DNA of 64,000 nt from Sumerlaeia bacterium (lineage in GTDB: Bacteria; Sumerlaeota; Sumerlaeia; SLMS01; JAHLLQ01). The position numbers and the translations under genes are program-made. Location of the stretch: positions 192,209-256,208 of the forward strand of contig JAVJSW010000046.1 in the NCBI GenBank assembly GCA_040219255.1, written 5' to 3'. The notes under the pieces are model-generated. The model ran no database searches, had not been told where the DNA came from, and worked only from the letters and a program-made list of their open reading frames with translations. How positions within the stretch are numbered: the first letter of the stretch is position 1; every line of letters begins with the position of its first letter. This document shows positions 59,390 through 64,000 of the stretch, in pieces.

Positions 59390-61666
59390 TTGATTGCGGA
59401 GGATTTGGAACTCAGGGATAAAATTAAGGACCTGGTTCGCGGCAAAAAGTACGAACAGCTCGAGGAGCTGTGGCTCGAAGTGGCCGACGGCCCCAACCTG
59501 GACGTGGAATTCCATGAGTGGATGGCACGCTATCTCAGTGCCAAAGAATTGCCCGAACTGCTGCAAAGCCTCTACACGGATCTGATCAAGACCCGCAACG
59601 AGCAAGGCCGCCACGACCACGCGCTCGAGGTCCAGCGCGCTCTCCTCAGCCGCGACAACATGCTGGAGTTCCTGCGCTTTCCGTTGATGGAAACGCTTCG
59701 CGGTCTGCACTCCGAGCGTGACGCCACCCATCTCAACGAAATCTTCCGCGAGGCCGGTTTCACCACCGATACGCCGGACTTGAAGAAAATCCTCCGGCGT
59801 TTCGACGATCTCATTGGCGCCTCCAAGGGCCAGGTCTTCCGCCATCGCCAGTGGGGTCTCGGTATCGTCCTCGAACTCGACGTGCGCGAGAACTGGGCCG
59901 TCGTCGATTTCCAGAAAAAACCCGGCCATCGCATGACCGTCGAAGGCATCAAGTCCTTCCTCGAGCGCATTCCCGACGACCACCTGCTGGCCCGCCTCGC
60001 CAAAGAGCCCGACGACCTGAAGCAAAAGACCGACGACGATCCCGCCGCCGTGGTCCGTCTCACCCTCAAGAGCTTCAGCAAGCGCATGAAGGTCGCCGAC
60101 ATCAAGCGCCAGTTCATCACCCAGGGTCTGATGACCGAGGCCGAATACAAGAAATGGTGGGTCAAGGCGAAGGACAAGGTCCGCCTCGATCCCTACATCG
60201 ATGTGTCCGGCACCGGTGCCAACATGGTCTTCACACTGCGTAAGGACCCGCGCTCGTTCATGGACGAGATCGTGCATCAGCTCATCGGCGCCAAGGATAT
60301 CTCGGGCCGGCGCAACGCCTTGCGCGATGTAGCCAAACACGGCGATTCGGCCGACATGAGCCCGGACGATGTCGCGGCGCTCTACGGTCTCTTCACCCAT
60401 CCGGTGGAGAGCGGTCAGCTGGAGACCGACAGCCAGAAACTCGGCCACGGCCTGCTCTACGAGGAATTCTCCGACCTGTTCCCCCCTTCGCAGACAAACC
60501 CCATCGATGTTGATGGACTCTTGAAGGCTTGTCAGGACCCGGGCGAATTGATCAAGGAGATCCCGGTCTGGGAGCTTCAGAAACTCGCCATCGAGCGCTA
60601 TCTCGCCGTTCGCGGCGAGAACAGCCTGAACAGCGGCGAACGTGGCGAAGCTTCCTCCACGATCGGCACCGTGTTCCTCCACGGCGAACCGCGCCTGGCC
60701 CAGTGGATCGACAAGATGCTGGAAAACCAGGGCCTGATCGATATTCGGTCGCAGTGCATGGAGCGGGTGTTCTCGCGCCCCGATCGCAATCCGGACCTGT
60801 TCGTCTGGGCGGCCAAGAACCTGCTGGCCGGCAAGGGAGACTTCCCGCACCTCGCCGAGGTGATCCATCCGCTGATGATCTGCGAAGAGTTGGCCAGCCT
60901 GACGTCTCAGTATTTGGAAATGGGCGATTCGGATACGGGGGCGGAAAGCAAGTCCGCCCGCAATACGGCGACCAAGTTCCGCGCGGTCCTGATGGACAAG
61001 AACTTCAAGGCTTTCCGCGAGTCGTTGAAGAAAGCCGACGAAGAGGAAGCGCGCCGGTTCCTGATGGCGATCGGGATGATGCGCGGCCTGCCGTCGAAGT
61101 TCCGCAGCGAACTCGAACGCATCACCCTGGAAATCCACAAGGGCCTCAAGAAGCCGTCGAAGTCCGAAATGGAAGAGTCGGCGCGGGCCGAGTACCACTA
61201 CACCACCGAGGAGTCCCTAGCGAAAGCCCGCAAGGAACTCTCCCACATTCTCAATGTGGAAGTGCCTGAGAACTCGAAGGCCATTGGTGAAGCGGCAGCC
61301 CTGGGCGACTTGAAGGAAAACGCCGAGTACCACGCGGCCAAGGACCGGCAGAAGCTGCTGCGCTCTCGCGTCGGCGAACTCGAGGACCTCATCGCCCGCG
61401 CCCGTGTCGTCGACCCGGAGATGGTCAACACCGACAAGACCCGATTCGGCACCAAGGTCACCCTGCTTCGCCGCGACACGAACGATCGGGAAGAGGTCAC
61501 GATCCTGGGCATGTGGGAAGGCAATCCGGATCAGGGCATCATCAATTACCTGACCCCGTTGGGCAAGCAACTGGTCAACCGCGCCGCGACTGAAGAGTTT
61601 GTCTTCAAGCGTCCCGACGGCCAGGAAATCCCATACCGGATCGAGAAGATCGAGAAGGCGATTTAG
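59390..61666 (+). CDS. greA: extended transcription elongation factor GreA (long N-terminal domain)
   Basis: C-terminal GDLKENAEYHAAK...FGTKV...INYLTPLG; GGAGGA RBS before TTG. Confidence 0.9.
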   Translation: MIAEDLELRDKIKDLVRGKKYEQLEELWLEVADGPNLDVEFHEWMARYLSAKELPELLQSLYTDLIKTRNEQGRHDHALEVQRALLSRDNMLEFLRFPLMETLRGLHSERDATHLNEIFREAGFTTDTPDLKKILRRFDDLIGASKGQVFRHRQWGLGIVLELDVRENWAVVDFQKKPGHRMTVEGIKSFLERIPDDHLLARLAKEPDDLKQKTDDDPAAVVRLTLKSFSKRMKVADIKRQFITQGLMTEAEYKKWWVKAKDKVRLDPYIDVSGTGANMVFTLRKDPRSFMDEIVHQLIGAKDISGRRNALRDVAKHGDSADMSPDDVAALYGLFTHPVESGQLETDSQKLGHGLLYEEFSDLFPPSQTNPIDVDGLLKACQDPGELIKEIPVWELQKLAIERYLAVRGENSLNSGERGEASSTIGTVFLHGEPRLAQWIDKMLENQGLIDIRSQCMERVFSRPDRNPDLFVWAAKNLLAGKGDFPHLAEVIHPLMICEELASLTSQYLEMGDSDTGAESKSARNTATKFRAVLMDKNFKAFRESLKKADEEEARRFLMAIGMMRGLPSKFRSELERITLEIHKGLKKPSKSEMEESARAEYHYTTEESLAKARKELSHILNVEVPENSKAIGEAAALGDLKENAEYHAAKDRQKLLRSRVGELEDLIARARVVDPEMVNTDKTRFGTKVTLLRRDTNDREEVTILGMWEGNPDQGIINYLTPLGKQLVNRAATEEFVFKRPDGQEIPYRIEKIEKAI

Positions 61667-61676
61667 CTCCGCAGCA

Positions 61677-62090
61677 ATGGTCGAACCCGATGTCGAAACC
61701 TCTGGCCGGGCCATCCCGCCCGATGGCCCGCGCAAGCGCCGGCGCAGCCGGCCGAGCACCGGCACGATCTTTTTTCTCGTCATCGTCTTCGTGGCCTTGG
61801 TGCTGGTCTTCGGAATCGGTTTCGACGAATTGCTCAACACCCTCTATGGCCGCACCGGCGGGTTGATCCTCATCGTTATGGTGGCCGAGTACATCATCCT
61901 GAAGAGCACCGACCGCACCCGCGTGTACCGGCTTGAGAATTCGCGTCTGCGCGAGCGGCACCGCCGCGACATCGCCCTGATCGACCGCGCCATTCCCTTC
62001 CTGAAACAGCTCGGCAAATCGGACAAAGCGACCCGCGATCAGAAGGAAGAGATCGATCGCCTCCTGGAAGACATCGAGGAGAATCGCTAG
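61677..62090 (+). CDS. hypothetical membrane protein (2 TM)
   Basis: Two hydrophobic helices; lies between greA and gluQ in the same direction. Confidence 0.65.
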   Translation: MVEPDVETSGRAIPPDGPRKRRRSRPSTGTIFFLVIVFVALVLVFGIGFDELLNTLYGRTGGLILIVMVAEYIILKSTDRTRVYRLENSRLRERHRRDIALIDRAIPFLKQLGKSDKATRDQKEEIDRLLEDIEENR

Positions 62091-62114
62091 CCCCGCCTGC
62101 GCGATTTTCTCACC

Positions 62115-63074
62115 ATGACTGCTGTCATCGGCCGCTACGCCCCAAGCCCGACCGGCGCGCTGCACCTGGGAAACCTGCGGACGGCGCTGGCGGCCTATTG
62201 CTCCGCCCTGTCGCAGGGCGGGCATTTCCTGCTCCGTGTCGAGGACCTCGACCGCCCACGGGTCGTCGAGGGCTCGGAAGCTTTGCAAATCGCAGATTTA
62301 CGGGCGCTCGGGATCGAATGGGAGCCGCAGGTGCTGCGTCAGTCTGAGCGCGACGCGGTCTACGAAGATGCGTTCGAGGGGCTGCGCCGCAACGGCTACG
62401 TCTATCCCTGCTTCTGCAGCCGCCGCGACATTCGAGAAGCCCTCTCCGCCCCCCACGTCGAAGATCGTGGCCCGAACGCTTATCCGGGAACGTGCGAGTC
62501 CCTCTCGGACGATGAAGCGCAATCACGGATCGCCGTGGGCGAGCAGCATTCCTGGCGCCTGCGCGTGGCCGGCGCTCCGAGACTTTTCGAGGATCGGTTC
62601 GCCGGCCGGTGCGAAATCGACCTGTGGCAGGAAGGCGGCGATTTTGTCATCCGGCGCGCCGACGGACTGTACGCTTATCAATTGGCCTGCGCGGTCGACG
62701 ATGCTCTCAGCGCCGTCACGGAAGTGGTGCGCGGGGCCGACCTTCTCGTTTCCGGCGCGCGCCAAGCCTACTTGATTCAGTGTCTCGGTCATCCCGTTCC
62801 CGCCTACGCCCACATCCCGCTGATGCTCGGCGAGGACGGCCGCCGCCTCTCCAAACGCTTCGGCGCCGAGGATCTGCGTCACTTCTTCGGACAAGGCTTC
62901 GACGGCGAAGCGATTCGTTCCTATTTGGCGTTCACGCTGGGCATCCTGGAGTTGGGCGAACGGGCCTCGATGGAGGACATATCGCGCCGCTTTGACACAA
63001 AGAAAATCCCCCGGACGAACATTGGTTTCATTCCGGGGGAACTGGAGATGTTTCGAAAACGAATTCAATACTGA
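62115..63074 (+). CDS. gluQ: glutamyl-queuosine tRNA(Asp) synthetase
   Basis: RYAPSPTGALHLGN, CFCSRR, YPGTC, YQLACAVDD, RLSKR; no anticodon-binding domain. Confidence 0.9.
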   Translation: MTAVIGRYAPSPTGALHLGNLRTALAAYCSALSQGGHFLLRVEDLDRPRVVEGSEALQIADLRALGIEWEPQVLRQSERDAVYEDAFEGLRRNGYVYPCFCSRRDIREALSAPHVEDRGPNAYPGTCESLSDDEAQSRIAVGEQHSWRLRVAGAPRLFEDRFAGRCEIDLWQEGGDFVIRRADGLYAYQLACAVDDALSAVTEVVRGADLLVSGARQAYLIQCLGHPVPAYAHIPLMLGEDGRRLSKRFGAEDLRHFFGQGFDGEAIRSYLAFTLGILELGERASMEDISRRFDTKKIPRTNIGFIPGELEMFRKRIQY

Positions 63075-63278
63075 ATTCAAATGCCCAGCGAGAAGTTATC
63101 AGAGATGACACTTATCGCTCCCTTGATGGTTTCTTCAGGTTTCTGGAGTGAGCAAGTAGAGTAATGTAGTCGACCGGATGCGATGGGAGCATGCCAGTGG
63201 ATTTTGTTTGACACCCTCCCCGCCCCATCTGTCTGCCTCATCACCTGAAATACAGAATACGCAGGAGACGTCATTCAA

Positions 63279-63697
63279 ATGCTTTCCTTCACTCAAGTGC
63301 TGACTCTCGCGAAGTGCCTTGTCATTTCCGCATGTCTTTCGACCCTTGTCTACGCGTCGTGCCATGTTCGGGGGTTGCCCCGGATACGACTCGTTGTACC
63401 GGAAACGCCATCTGTCCGCCGTGCGCTACCGGCGGGGCAGCGCCAACAAAGGGCGGTGTCGGAACTGGGGCGAGTGTCGACAAATGCACTGGAAGTTCGA
63501 GCGACATGTTGTGCGCGGCTGGCTCGCAGGTGCATTGTTCTACGTCGCGTGCCTGCGTTTACTCAAACAGGTTGCTCAGGGCTTGCACTGCAGGATCGTG
63601 TAGCGGTTGGTCTGAAAGCGTATGCAAATCGCTGACCTCAACGGGTACGCCAACACCTCACTACGTTCAACAAGAAGCCTGCATGTCTGTATTGTGA
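63279..63697 (+). pseudogene. frameshifted secreted cysteine-rich protein
   Basis: AGGAG RBS and signal peptide in the 63279 frame; 11-Cys body lies in the -1 frame, joining near the G5 run at 63370-63374. Confidence 0.5.
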
Positions 63698-63709
63698 TGA
63701 TGGTCTTGA

Positions 63710-64000
63710 GTAAACGTCCTACGAGCCCCATCTTGACCATCGCCGGGGCCCTGTGAGATTCTGCCTCCTCATTTTATACACGGAGAGCAGATCATGGAAC
63801 ACAACACCACCGGCTTCACAACCGGCGCGAAGCGAGCGCACTGGCAGGCAGCTGTCGACCAGCAGGAGGTCAGCGGACTCTCGGCCGCCGCCTTCTGCCG
63901 CGAGCAAGGCTTGAGCTATCAGTCGTTTATCTCTTGGCGCAAGCGCTTTGCCACCGAAGGGCGGGGCGATGTGGAACACGATCGGCAAGGCGGCCGGATC
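63710..64000 (+). mobile_element. IS66-family insertion sequence, left end (runs off window)
   Basis: Starts GTAAACGTCC (IS66 terminal repeats begin GTAA), followed by a TnpA-like ORF. Confidence 0.8.
63794..64000 (+). CDS. tnpA: IS66 accessory protein TnpA (partial)
   Basis: HWQAAVDQQEVSGLSAAAFCREQGLSYQSFISWRKR HTH; GGAGAG RBS. Confidence 0.8.
   Translation, partial: MEHNTTGFTTGAKRAHWQAAVDQQEVSGLSAAAFCREQGLSYQSFISWRKRFATEGRGDVEHDRQGGRI

Overview
High-GC chromosomal window from a diderm bacterium. Gene content and the dockerin-like C-terminal tails suggest Candidatus Sumerlaeota/BRC1 or a related lineage (inference only). It is mostly housekeeping: arcC, tRNA-Trp-secE-nusG-rplKAJL-rpoBC, a CarH/LitR light-response cluster, ylxM-ffh-rpsP-khpA-rimM-ubiA-like-Gfo/Idh/MocA-lpxB-der, pdp, uvrB, alkA, proS, nnr, lolD, a giant greA and gluQ. 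There are three lower-GC accessory patches: darT-darG between tRNA-Leu and tRNA-Gly, a three-gene ExbB/ExbD-like motor cassette with no TonB or other partner, and a frameshifted Cys-rich secreted protein followed by the left end of an IS66. The most notable oddities are (1) an in-frame TAG replacing the conserved Lys of [19 protein letters not shown] in the essential rpoB gene, (2) the orphan ExbB plus two divergent ExbD-like genes, and (3) a GspE/PilB ATPase fused behind an exported helical domain and two TM helices. All calls come from motif recognition by eye; no database searches were run.
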